64,000 bases of DNA from a virus. Below are positions 45,247 through 54,050 of the stretch, piece by piece. A program made the translations under genes and the position numbers. The notes under the pieces are model-generated. The model saw nothing but the letters and a program-made list of their open reading frames with translations, was not told the origin of the DNA and ran no database searches. The stretch lies in IMG/VR virus record IMGVR_UViG_3300029305_004190. One strand, given 5' to 3'. The stretch's first letter is position 1. Every line of letters begins with the position of its first letter.

Positions 45247-45648
45247 GTGTGGTTTCACATGGACAACAACTTTGAAGTAAGATTTTTAACCGATGCCGAA
45301 CTTGAAAAAGCTATGGATGAAGTGGTTAATGGCATCAAGGATGATATAAATAAAGACGAACTGAGAACAACAATCCTCAATCCATTGAAGATGGAACAGT
45401 TCAAGTTTGCGTATGCGGCGCTGCAGTATATTATGAAAGGAAAGAACGTACAGATTTCCTATAAAATGTACGAACCTTTCAAGACCATGGGCAGTATCAC
45501 AGTCGAAGGAACGGTTTTGGAGTTCGACAAGCCAGAGTGGTTTGCTCGAATTGCAGAATTTGCAAGCAACACAGAAATTTATCCGCTGACTAAGAATATT
45601 GTGCGTATGACCTTTACATTCCACGGTCTTACTACGCCGATTGAATAA
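45247..45648 (+). CDS. Hypothetical protein (133 aa)
   Basis: ORF following A/T-rich promoter-like region. Confidence 0.5.
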   Translation: MWFHMDNNFEVRFLTDAELEKAMDEVVNGIKDDINKDELRTTILNPLKMEQFKFAYAALQYIMKGKNVQISYKMYEPFKTMGSITVEGTVLEFDKPEWFARIAEFASNTEIYPLTKNIVRMTFTFHGLTTPIE

Positions 45649-45662
45649 GGAGGTGTACCCGT

Positions 45663-46010
45663 ATGGAATATAAAGGATGTTATAGTTCTGCTGTCGAACT
45701 TATCAAAGAGGCTTCACAGGAATTCGGTGACAGAGTATCTTTGAATGAAGTAAAGTTTGATTCTCTGAAGCTGGTGTGTGAAGAAGTTGATAATCTGGTC
45801 GAAGAAATCGACTGCGAAAGCGTGGATGTCAGCGTCAACGAAGCCACAAAACAGTTTACTATTGAAGTTGTCTGCGATGAAGTTATTTTTGAGCACGGCA
45901 GAAGCAATGGTTTCTTCAAGTTAATCCAGATGTTGAGTTCATTCTCTTTTTCAAAGAAAGGAAGGAGTTACATTCGTATCGCTTTGAACATTGACAATAT
46001 GTGGGAGTGA
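45663..46010 (+). CDS. Hypothetical protein (115 aa)
   Basis: GGAGG SD. Confidence 0.5.
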   Translation: MEYKGCYSSAVELIKEASQEFGDRVSLNEVKFDSLKLVCEEVDNLVEEIDCESVDVSVNEATKQFTIEVVCDEVIFEHGRSNGFFKLIQMLSSFSFSKKGRSYIRIALNIDNMWE

Positions 46011-46014
46011 ACGA

Positions 46015-46245
46015 GTGGATACAAAAAGAAGAAATCGTCTTCGTGACGCATTAAAAATGTTGGCAAATGTGGCGGCAATCGTTGAATCTGTTTGTGACAA
46101 GGAAGAGGATTGTATGGATAACTACCCTGAAAATCTTCAAAACACAGAACGGTTTGAAAATATGGAGGCTGCTGTTGATAATCTAAATGATGCCTTGGAA
46201 AAGCTGGATGATGCCAAGGGTCACATTGAATCTGCGATAGGATGA
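46015..46245 (+). CDS. Hypothetical protein (76 aa)
   Basis: GTG 7 nt after GGGAG; track lists TTG 45991. Confidence 0.4.
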   Translation: MDTKRRNRLRDALKMLANVAAIVESVCDKEEDCMDNYPENLQNTERFENMEAAVDNLNDALEKLDDAKGHIESAIG

Positions 46246-46255
46246 GGTAATAAAT

Positions 46256-46831
46256 ATGTGGGATATTTTGGGTGCAGTGTTTGGAGGTGCATATTTAGCG
46301 GGGAAAGTATCTTCTGAGCGTAGTGCTTCGATGGAAGCGGCACAAAAACGAGACGAATGGAAGCACGCTTTTGATGAGTGGTCGGCAAGCGTAACAAACA
46401 GAAGTCTTGAAGCAAAACTTGAATTGTTTATCCATCAAAGACCGCAAGATGCTGCCCAAAAAGCTAAAGCACTATGTAACTGTATCCCAGAAGACCAACA
46501 TAATAACACAACTTACCTCCGAGTATTGCTGGCGGAGCATGGAAAGATAAGAAGTGTTGATGCCGGTTTCGGTATCGAGACACCCCTCTATCCGGCGACC
46601 CCGGTTTTGAAGTCAAGGCAACAATATATGGCGTTTTACCAGTTTATTTGGTGGATTAAAGAATCCATTGAAAAGAACGGAGCTCCAAAAGCTGATATGT
46701 TTTTTGTTCCAGCGTATCCGGGGAACAATTCTACGAAGTACCATGATTTGCATGATACAAGTAATCTCATGCGAAGCGGCACCTATGTTTGGTTTCCGCA
46801 GAGAATCGGCACATATTTGGACAAAAGATAA
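46256..46831 (+). CDS. Hypothetical protein (191 aa)
   Basis: ORF ending at bidirectional terminator. Confidence 0.55.
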   Translation: MWDILGAVFGGAYLAGKVSSERSASMEAAQKRDEWKHAFDEWSASVTNRSLEAKLELFIHQRPQDAAQKAKALCNCIPEDQHNNTTYLRVLLAEHGKIRSVDAGFGIETPLYPATPVLKSRQQYMAFYQFIWWIKESIEKNGAPKADMFFVPAYPGNNSTKYHDLHDTSNLMRSGTYVWFPQRIGTYLDKR

Positions 46832-46855
46832 GCGGGGCATACACCCCGCTATCTT
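46831..46855. terminator. Bidirectional terminator between convergent genes
   Basis: AGCGGGG-cataca-CCCCGCT hairpin. Confidence 0.55.
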
Positions 46856-47663
46856 AATCTTCGTCATCAAATAGATAGTCGGGTAAATCTATTCTCTGAC
46901 CAAGCAAAACCTTTCCGCACACCTTGACAGAAACCTCGCTATCTGCCGATACATAGATGTTGGTATGACGAAGGTCGGGGTTTGCCGAAACTAAAGTTAA
47001 GTTTCTTTCGTCGTCTACATACAACTGCTTGCAGTACATAGCACCGTCTACACAGAAAATTCCCACATCTCCATTGGACAGTTCTTCGTCCTTCTTTACA
47101 TAAACCATGTCTCCATCGTTGATGTATGGATACATACTGTTACCTTGAATGTCTACTGCATAATCTGCGTCAGTAGGCACATTGCTATCAACAAGCATCA
47201 TCTCAAAGTCGGTTCCATCGAGAGGTACGTTGTAACCGGCGGCGGATGGTGTTGTATAACGAGGGATATATCTTTCTCTCGTTTTCTTTGGAATAAATTC
47301 TGCCTTCTTTGTTAGAACAATTTGTTCGGAAGCATCCATGCGTTCTTTTTCCAAAGCACAAATCATATCAACTGCTTTTTTACCATGCGAATCCAGTGCT
47401 TGGTAGGTTTTAAGCAGTTTTTTCTCTTCTGGCGATAAAATAATACTTCTTCGTACAATACCAAATGTGTTGACATCAAGTAACCCATCTGTTGTTATCT
47501 TCAATTCACGAGCAAGAGCAATTATTGCATCCATCGCAGGCTTCTTTGTCCCGCGCTCCCAGTTCCGAACAGTAACAACTGATACTCCTACAGATTCAGC
47601 CAGTTCTTGCTGAGTTATGTTCTGTTCTAACCTGAGATTTTTTAATCTCTGACCGAAGTCCAT
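46854..47663 (-). CDS. CI/LexA-like repressor (XRE HTH + S24 peptidase domain)
   Basis: N-terminal LKNLRLEQNITQQELAESVGVSVVTVRNWERG HTH; C-terminal GNSMYPYINDGDMVYV...K Ser/Lys dyad autopeptidase; GGAGGAAGAT SD on minus strand. Confidence 0.85.
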   Translation of the reverse strand: MDFGQRLKNLRLEQNITQQELAESVGVSVVTVRNWERGTKKPAMDAIIALARELKITTDGLLDVNTFGIVRRSIILSPEEKKLLKTYQALDSHGKKAVDMICALEKERMDASEQIVLTKKAEFIPKKTRERYIPRYTTPSAAGYNVPLDGTDFEMMLVDSNVPTDADYAVDIQGNSMYPYINDGDMVYVKKDEELSNGDVGIFCVDGAMYCKQLYVDDERNLTLVSANPDLRHTNIYVSADSEVSVKVCGKVLLGQRIDLPDYLFDDED

Positions 47664-47696
47664 ATCTTCCTCCGAAAATAAATTTTGATTACCCTG

Positions 47697-47725
47697 TTGA
47701 CAGGAGCGAGATTTTGTGGTATGAT
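47697..47725 (+). promoter_or_regulatory. Consensus sigma-70-type promoter (rightward)
   Basis: TTGACA (47697-47702) - 17 nt - TATGAT (47720-47725). Confidence 0.6.
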
Positions 47726-47758
47726 ATATTCACGAGCGAAACAAGAGTTTCTGTATAT

Positions 47759-47787
47759 ATTATAGCATAAACTTTAGTATCTGTCAA
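47759..47787 (-). promoter_or_regulatory. Consensus sigma-70-type promoter (leftward, toward repressor gene)
   Basis: On minus strand TTGACA (47787-47782) - 17 nt - TATAAT (47764-47759); predicted start sites of the two promoters about 20 bp apart with overlapping transcripts. Confidence 0.6.
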
Positions 47788-48010
47788 GAGCAAAAGAAGA
47801 GACAGTCTATCTTTTTCGGATAAACTGTCTCAGGAAAGTACGCCGCAACGCAACCAACGAAAACGGCGAACATGAAACTGCGCTAAAACCAAAGCGCAGC
47901 CGGTACCTGCATTACTACAGGCATGAGACATTAAGACACCACTCAAAATGCCTCATACTGTAGTATACCACAAATTCATAAAAAAATCAATGGGGGAATT
48001 TAACTACAGG

Positions 48011-48334
48011 ATGAAAAAAATTATAAGTGTCAAGGAGTTTAAGGATTATTGTGAAAAAAATAAGCCGCAATCTATAATCTACCAAACAGAAAACCAAAAA
48101 TGGTATCGAGTTTCAGACCCATGCAAAGTCAGAATGTCCTTCCCGATTATGTTGATATGCGAAAACCCAAACCTAATTTGTCTGAAGTCCGGAACCAATA
48201 CTATTTTGTTCGATATGGTGAAATATATAGAAATTGACACAGATTCCACAGTCCTCGGAACACTTATTACGGTGTTTTGTGGTGAATTTGGAACAAATGG
48301 TCACGATATTACATATACACTCATCGCTGCATAA
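48011..48334 (+). CDS. Hypothetical protein (108 aa) downstream of long structured leader
   Basis: ATG after GGGGGAA; track start 47948 also possible. Confidence 0.4.
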   Translation: MKKIISVKEFKDYCEKNKPQSIIYQTENQKWYRVSDPCKVRMSFPIMLICENPNLICLKSGTNTILFDMVKYIEIDTDSTVLGTLITVFCGEFGTNGHDITYTLIAA

Positions 48335-48440
48335 AAAATTTGATGTTGTCTATATAATTGACTTGACTTATTGAGATAAATATGCTATACTTATACCATC
48401 AACATACATCAACATAATTGTACTGAAGGAGTATAGCAGA

Positions 48441-48872
48441 TTGGGGAATAATATCGTTCGTGCCCCTCAGATTGGGGATATCTATATGATGAAGTTTGGT
48501 GGCAGTGCTAATGAGCAGTGTGGTTGGAGACCCGGACTTGTATTTCAGAACAATGTCGGCAACACATATAGCCCGAATATCATTGCACTTCCGTTAACCA
48601 GCGTTCTGAAAAAAGCGAATCAGCCGACTCACGTTGTCGTGAGAGCAAACGATACTGGGCTGAAAAGAGACAGCATGGTTCTTTGTGAGAATCCAGAGCG
48701 TATGTCCAAGGAAAGAGTGGGAGATTATATCACCACACTTTCCGATGCATATATGAAACAGGTAGCAGAAGCAAGCCTTCTCTCCTCGTCGGTCATTTCC
48801 TTTTTGGATATTGAGCTCTTGGTATCAGTTTGGAAAAAGGCTGTTGCTCTCAACACAGCCATTCCTGCATAA
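48441..48872 (+). CDS. MazF/PemK-family toxin-like endoribonuclease
   Basis: GDIYMMKFGG...RPGLVFQNN...IIALPLTS...PTHVVV...GLKRDSMVLCENPERMSKERV follows the PemK/MazF fold signature; TTG start 8 nt after AAGGAG. Confidence 0.7.
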   Translation: MGNNIVRAPQIGDIYMMKFGGSANEQCGWRPGLVFQNNVGNTYSPNIIALPLTSVLKKANQPTHVVVRANDTGLKRDSMVLCENPERMSKERVGDYITTLSDAYMKQVAEASLLSSSVISFLDIELLVSVWKKAVALNTAIPA

Positions 48873-48884
48873 TGGAGGTTCGCT

Positions 48885-49835
48885 ATGTATAACGAAGAAC
48901 AAAAGAAAAGATTCATCAGAGACTATACGGGCAGTTTGAGCACTGCTAATGTTGCAGCAACGATATTCAATGAAACAGAAAAATATGAGGTATCTTGGGG
49001 CGCAGATTTATGTACCAAGGGAGTCGAAGAACTCCAACCCGTTGTCAATGAGATAACTGGTCTCAGAAACAAAAGTCAGTGGATGTCGCTTACGATTCTT
49101 AAAGAATATGTCAAGTGGTGTCTTGCAATGAAGGTACCCGGAGCCTGTGATGGAATGCTCCATATCGAGGCTGTCGGGCTTGACAAGATTAAGAAACAAA
49201 TGGTGGCAAGCCCACTGCACCTGCAAAGATATTTAGATGATATCTTCGATAAGGAGTTTGAAGAGACAATCGACAACTTATACAGATGTTACTTTTGGAT
49301 GGCATACGGAGGAATTGACGAGGAAGATACGATTCTTGTAAGAACAGAAGATGTTGACTTGTCGCAAATGCTGATTCGTTACAAAACAACAAGTGTGCCT
49401 ATATACCGAGAGGCTATCCCTGCTTTCAAAAACGCAGTAACACTAACGAATTTCCTGTACAAACATCCAAACTACACCAAGCCGATTCGAAGAGATAGAG
49501 TCCCCGGTGATACAATCATGCGAGGGCTGAAAGCTACAACCAAAACCTTTACGATGCGAACCACCATATCTAAGCGAAACATCAGTGCCATTGAAGATGG
49601 TCTCACAGAGCTTCAGTTGAGTTTTTATCGCGTAAGAATGTCTGGTTTGTTTTACAGAACATACGAAATGGAGAGGGCTGGGATTCCTGTTACCTTTTCT
49701 GAAGCTGCACTGCGTGTAATGGATGGAAAGACATACGCGCTGAGCGGTAGAGAAAAGATAATCCACAAACAGAATCGAATTGAAAGAGATTATTTCGACG
49801 ACTACCAGCGTTGGAAGTTGGCATTTTCCATCTAA
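48885..49835 (+). CDS. Hypothetical protein (316 aa)
   Basis: GGAGG SD; ends at strong terminator. Confidence 0.55.
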   Translation: MYNEEQKKRFIRDYTGSLSTANVAATIFNETEKYEVSWGADLCTKGVEELQPVVNEITGLRNKSQWMSLTILKEYVKWCLAMKVPGACDGMLHIEAVGLDKIKKQMVASPLHLQRYLDDIFDKEFEETIDNLYRCYFWMAYGGIDEEDTILVRTEDVDLSQMLIRYKTTSVPIYREAIPAFKNAVTLTNFLYKHPNYTKPIRRDRVPGDTIMRGLKATTKTFTMRTTISKRNISAIEDGLTELQLSFYRVRMSGLFYRTYEMERAGIPVTFSEAALRVMDGKTYALSGREKIIHKQNRIERDYFDDYQRWKLAFSI

Positions 49836-49849
49836 ATAAATATTTCTAA

Positions 49850-49878
49850 GAGAGCCGAAACCAAAGGCTCTCTTTTTT
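49850..49878 (+). terminator. Rho-independent terminator
   Basis: GAGAGCC-gaaaccaaa-GGCTCTC followed by TTTTTT. Confidence 0.75.
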
Positions 49879-49959
49879 CAACCGCAATCAACATAATTAA
49901 ATAGCCAACAACGCCGCAAGGCTTTTGGAATACATAATTGAATGAAAGGGGAACACACA

Positions 49960-50232
49960 ATGGTTTTCAAAAGAAAACAGACGCTCGATTTGCTGCAAAA
50001 GAAAGAGGCTCATCTTACAGAATTGATGACTCGTTCTGAATCAGCACTCCAGTTGGTGCATGATACGATGGAAAATCTCGCCATCGTTAATCAGGACATT
50101 GATTCAACGGTGAGTGAGATTGATACATATCTGCAGCGACTCAATGACACCAAAAACAGTCTTGACCTGACTCGAAACAAGAATCAGCGAATCATGCAGA
50201 ATTTTTCAAAGCTTCTGTGTATTGATGATTAA
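49960..50232 (+). CDS. Hypothetical coiled-coil protein (90 aa)
   Basis: ATG after AAAGGGG. Confidence 0.5.
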   Translation: MVFKRKQTLDLLQKKEAHLTELMTRSESALQLVHDTMENLAIVNQDIDSTVSEIDTYLQRLNDTKNSLDLTRNKNQRIMQNFSKLLCIDD

Positions 50233-50243
50233 GGAGGCTGCCA

Positions 50244-50813
50244 GTGAGTCAAACCAAAGAACGCTTCATTGAAGAGTATAATGCACATATCAAAAGAGAC
50301 GGCGCAGACGAATTGCTGAATTGGTTGCAATCGTCTGATTTTTTATACGCTCCGGCTTCCACAAAGTATCATGGCAGCTATGATGGTGGTTTGGTGGAGC
50401 ACTCTTTGAATGTCTATGACTGCTTGGTCAAAGAGCTTGAAACTGCCGGGCTGTCAGATACATACACCAATGAGACTGTAGCGATTGTGTCATTACTTCA
50501 TGATATCTGCAAGGCTAATTTTTATAAGAAGACTCCTCGCAATGTCAAGGAAAATGGTCAGTGGGTGACCAAAGAAGTTTTCGAGATTGATGAAAAGTTC
50601 CCGTGTGGGCATGGCGAAAAATCTGTGATTATCCTGCAGAATTTTATTCATCTCGATGCCGAAGAAATCTTTGCTATTCGAGCACATATGGGTGGCTTTG
50701 ACACATCTGTGAAGGGTGGCGACTATTTTATCGGCAAAATTTTTGAGAAAAGCAAGCTTGCGGTTTTGCTGCATCTTGCCGATATGAAAGCAACTTATTT
50801 ATTGGAGGGTTGA
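50244..50813 (+). CDS. HD-domain phosphohydrolase
   Basis: H..H...SLNV and LLHDICK (HD) motifs; GTG after TAAGGAGG. Confidence 0.7.
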   Translation: MSQTKERFIEEYNAHIKRDGADELLNWLQSSDFLYAPASTKYHGSYDGGLVEHSLNVYDCLVKELETAGLSDTYTNETVAIVSLLHDICKANFYKKTPRNVKENGQWVTKEVFEIDEKFPCGHGEKSVIILQNFIHLDAEEIFAIRAHMGGFDTSVKGGDYFIGKIFEKSKLAVLLHLADMKATYLLEG

Positions 50814-50816
50814 TAT

Positions 50817-51512
50817 ATGTCAGAGAATCTTAACATCTATCAGCGACTTGCAAAAATTCGTAAGCAGGTCGAAGTTATCCAGAGAAACAAATCTGGTTAT
50901 GGCTACAAATATGTAAGTGAGGATAAAATCCTCGCAAAAATTTCAGGCTTTATGGACAAGTATAATCTGTCTCTTATCCCCTGTGTTGTACATAGCAGTT
51001 CCGTCATCTCCCCTTATAACACAAAGAAAACCAAAGCAACCAATAAAGGCGACATTTATGAAGAGAATGTCAATGAGGTATTGGTGAGCGCTGACATGAT
51101 TTTCAGATGGGTCAACAATGACAATCCTGAAGAGTTCATCGAGGTACCGTGGATTCTTGTCGGACACCAGACGGATGGTTCCCAGAGTTTTGGTTCTGGA
51201 CTCAGTTATGCGATGCGTTACTTCCTGCTGAAATTCTTCAACATTGCAACTCCCGATGATGACCCCGATAAGTGGAGAAGCGAACAGAAGGCTGCAGGTG
51301 TGGCAGAGGATAAAATGATTGCTGAAGAAATCATCCAGAATGTAGATGCAGCAATTAAGGAGTTCCTTACCGCGAATCCCGGCAAAGCAGAAGACGTTAA
51401 GAAGATGGTTGCAAAATATGTGAAGGGTGGAAATTACTTCGCAATTACCGAGTCCGTAGTGGCTTCCAAGCTGTTAAACGATTTCAAAGAAACATTCAAT
51501 GTAAAGGAGTAA
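50817..51512 (+). CDS. ERF-family single-strand annealing protein
   Basis: N-terminal NIYQRLAKIRKQVEVIQRNKSGYGYKYVSEDKILAKI typical of ERF recombinases. Confidence 0.7.
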   Translation: MSENLNIYQRLAKIRKQVEVIQRNKSGYGYKYVSEDKILAKISGFMDKYNLSLIPCVVHSSSVISPYNTKKTKATNKGDIYEENVNEVLVSADMIFRWVNNDNPEEFIEVPWILVGHQTDGSQSFGSGLSYAMRYFLLKFFNIATPDDDPDKWRSEQKAAGVAEDKMIAEEIIQNVDAAIKEFLTANPGKAEDVKKMVAKYVKGGNYFAITESVVASKLLNDFKETFNVKE

Positions 51513-51518
51513 TCGAAT

Positions 51519-51896
51519 ATGGGTTTCAGAACAGGCGCGTATGCAAAAGTTTGGGAGGTAACTCCTATGAGCGACACCAGCACAAAGGTGCGGATGTCTG
51601 TAAGTCGTAAGAATAAGCAGTCCGGTGAATATGAACAGGACTTTTCTGGTTTTGTTCTGTGCATTGGCACGGCGGCAGCGAAGAAGGCTTCGCAGCTTCA
51701 GGAAGGCTCTCGTATTAAGATTGGTGATTGTGATGTAACCACCAAGTACGATGAGCAGAAGAAGATTACATATACCAATTTTAAGATGTTCTCCTTTGAG
51801 GACGCTGACGGAGAAAACAGTTCGCCTGCAGAACAGGCAGCTCCTGAACCTACGGTCGATGACGGTGAAATCGACGACAACCGCCTTCCGTTTTAA
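51519..51896 (+). CDS. ssb: Single-stranded DNA-binding protein (SSB)
   Basis: OB-fold-length protein with acidic C-terminal tail ending DDGEIDDNRLPF (SSB D-D-D-I-P-F-like tip). Confidence 0.7.
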   Translation: MGFRTGAYAKVWEVTPMSDTSTKVRMSVSRKNKQSGEYEQDFSGFVLCIGTAAAKKASQLQEGSRIKIGDCDVTTKYDEQKKITYTNFKMFSFEDADGENSSPAEQAAPEPTVDDGEIDDNRLPF

Positions 51897-51908
51897 CGGA
51901 GGCGGCGT

Positions 51909-52694
51909 ATGGGAGAAGTCAATTACGCACCAATAATCCAAGACATGACATGGAGTTATTCCAGAATCAAATCTTTCTATGATTGCCCGTACCGGTGGTA
52001 TTTAAGATACATACGGAAGTTAAAAAGCAAAGAGATGTTCTTCGCAAGCTACGGTACATTCATGCACAAGATGATTGAAATGTACCTTAAAAATGAGAAG
52101 ACACCCAAGCAACTTAGCGATTTATATCTGCAAGGCTTCAAAGAAGAAGTAGTTGGATGGGCTCCAAGTAAGCAAGTGTTTGCAAACTATTTTACAAGTG
52201 GACTGCGGTATTTGAAAGAACTGCAGCCTTTTCCTTATAACGTAGTTGCGGTTGAGAAACGTGTTGACTTCAATATCGACGGCATTCCGTTTATTGGCTA
52301 CATTGACTTCCTTGGTGAAAAAGATGGTGATTTATTTGTTATCGACAATAAGTCAAGAACATTAAAGCCACGGAGCAAAAAAGGAAAAGTAACCAAGACC
52401 GATGAAGAGCTGGACAGTTACTTGAAACAGTTGTATTTGTACTCGATGGCAGTTGAACAAGAGTATGGCAAGCTTCCAAAGTCCCTATGCTTTAACTGTT
52501 ATCGCACTCCCCTATTTATTGAAGAGCCATTCATGGAACAGGCATATGCCGAATCCAAGATATGGCTTTCCGAAAGCGTAAAGGAGATAACAACGGAAAC
52601 TGATTTTAAGCCCAATGCTGAGTTCTTCAAATGCAAACATTTATGCGAAATGCAGGACTACTGCGAATACTACAAATTAACGCAAAAGAGGTGA
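51909..52694 (+). CDS. PD-(D/E)XK nuclease of RecB/Cas4-like type with C-terminal Cys cluster
   Basis: YSRIKSFYDCPYRWYL N-terminal motif, GYIDFLGE...LFVIDNKS (D...D/ExK core), C-terminal CKHLCEMQDYCEY Fe-S-like Cys cluster. Confidence 0.7.
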   Translation: MGEVNYAPIIQDMTWSYSRIKSFYDCPYRWYLRYIRKLKSKEMFFASYGTFMHKMIEMYLKNEKTPKQLSDLYLQGFKEEVVGWAPSKQVFANYFTSGLRYLKELQPFPYNVVAVEKRVDFNIDGIPFIGYIDFLGEKDGDLFVIDNKSRTLKPRSKKGKVTKTDEELDSYLKQLYLYSMAVEQEYGKLPKSLCFNCYRTPLFIEEPFMEQAYAESKIWLSESVKEITTETDFKPNAEFFKCKHLCEMQDYCEYYKLTQKR

Positions 52695-52793
52695 CTAACG
52701 ATTAGAGCAGAAGATATTACAAGAATCGAAAGTGAAGCCGGTATCATTGCGACGCTGGTTTATCATCCAGAGTATACATTCTACTCTGAGGGT

Positions 52794-54029
52794 TTGTTGC
52801 CGAATCATTTCTACAACAAAGCAAATAAATACATATATGCAGCCATCTGTAATTTGGCACAGCGCGGTGTCGAACGAGTTGATTCATTCAGTATTATTGA
52901 ATCTCTTAAATCCAAAGAGAGTACCGCACAGTATGCAAATGAACTGACAATCGAGCAGCTCAACGACTTCATTGACAACAGCGAAAATCTTGCAAGACAT
53001 ACTGTTGAAGATTATAAACTGTGTGTCGATAACGTAATGAATGCAGCTTTTCGCAGGGATACGCTACAGAGCTTAAAGAAGTGTGAAGCTTTGTGCTTCA
53101 ATGAGTCTGTGCAAGGGATTGAGCAACAGATTTATAAAGCGCTGGATGATGTGATGATGGAGTTTTCCAACACCACCGAGGTTCCTGCTTATAAAGATGT
53201 GATTGATGATTGCTGGGACGAAATCAAGGGTAGGCAAAGCACAGGCTATGCAGGAATTCCTTTTAAGTTTTCTGCACTGAACGACTATGCCACAATAGAA
53301 CGTGGGGAGTTATTCATTTTTGGCGCAGAACAGAAACAAGGTAAGAGCATGATGCTTCTTAACTGTGCGGTTGACCTGCTCAGGCAGGATTACGCAGTTC
53401 TGTATCTGGACAGTGAGCTGAACACGCGAATGTTTACTGCCCGTATTCTTGCTCATCTTTCAGGAATCGAGTACAAGAGATTGGCTTCTGGTGCTTATAC
53501 GAAAGAGGAAGAAGCAAAGATTCTTGAAGCTAAAGAGTGGCTGAAAACAAGAAAGTTTACACACATCTATATTCCGACCTTCGACCAGCACAGTATTTAT
53601 ACTGCGGTAAAGAAAGTAAACCATACACAAGGGCTGGATGTTCTTATTGTCGATTACTTCAAAGGTAAAGGCGAAGGTGATGCGTTTGACAGCTACCAAG
53701 AGCTTGGACGTTTTGTAGATATGGTCAAAAACCAAATCTGCGGCGACATGAATATCGCAGGAATCGGAGCTGCACAGGCAACGGTCACAGGGAAACTGGC
53801 AGACAGTGCCAAGATTGCCAGAAACGCTTCTACAATCGCAATGATTTCCGATAAAACACCGGAAGAAATCGAAGCTGACGGTGCAGAATGCGGCAATAAG
53901 AAACTCCGAGTCACCGTAAACCGTAATGGAATGCAGATGGCTCAAGGAGAATACATAGACTTGCTTTTCGATGGAAACCACATCCTCTACGAGCAAGCGA
54001 AACAGCATATACCTCAAACCCCATTTTAA
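52794..54029 (+). CDS. dnaB: DnaB-like replicative DNA helicase
   Basis: Walker A GAEQKQGKS, DnaB C-terminal RecA-like domain motifs, N-terminal DnaB-N-like region; ORF is open from 52695 with AAGAGGTGA SD and possible non-canonical ATT start at 52701. Confidence 0.85.
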   Translation: MLPNHFYNKANKYIYAAICNLAQRGVERVDSFSIIESLKSKESTAQYANELTIEQLNDFIDNSENLARHTVEDYKLCVDNVMNAAFRRDTLQSLKKCEALCFNESVQGIEQQIYKALDDVMMEFSNTTEVPAYKDVIDDCWDEIKGRQSTGYAGIPFKFSALNDYATIERGELFIFGAEQKQGKSMMLLNCAVDLLRQDYAVLYLDSELNTRMFTARILAHLSGIEYKRLASGAYTKEEEAKILEAKEWLKTRKFTHIYIPTFDQHSIYTAVKKVNHTQGLDVLIVDYFKGKGEGDAFDSYQELGRFVDMVKNQICGDMNIAGIGAAQATVTGKLADSAKIARNASTIAMISDKTPEEIEADGAECGNKKLRVTVNRNGMQMAQGEYIDLLFDGNHILYEQAKQHIPQTPF

Positions 54030-54050
54030 TCTGACAAAGGAGGAGACGGC

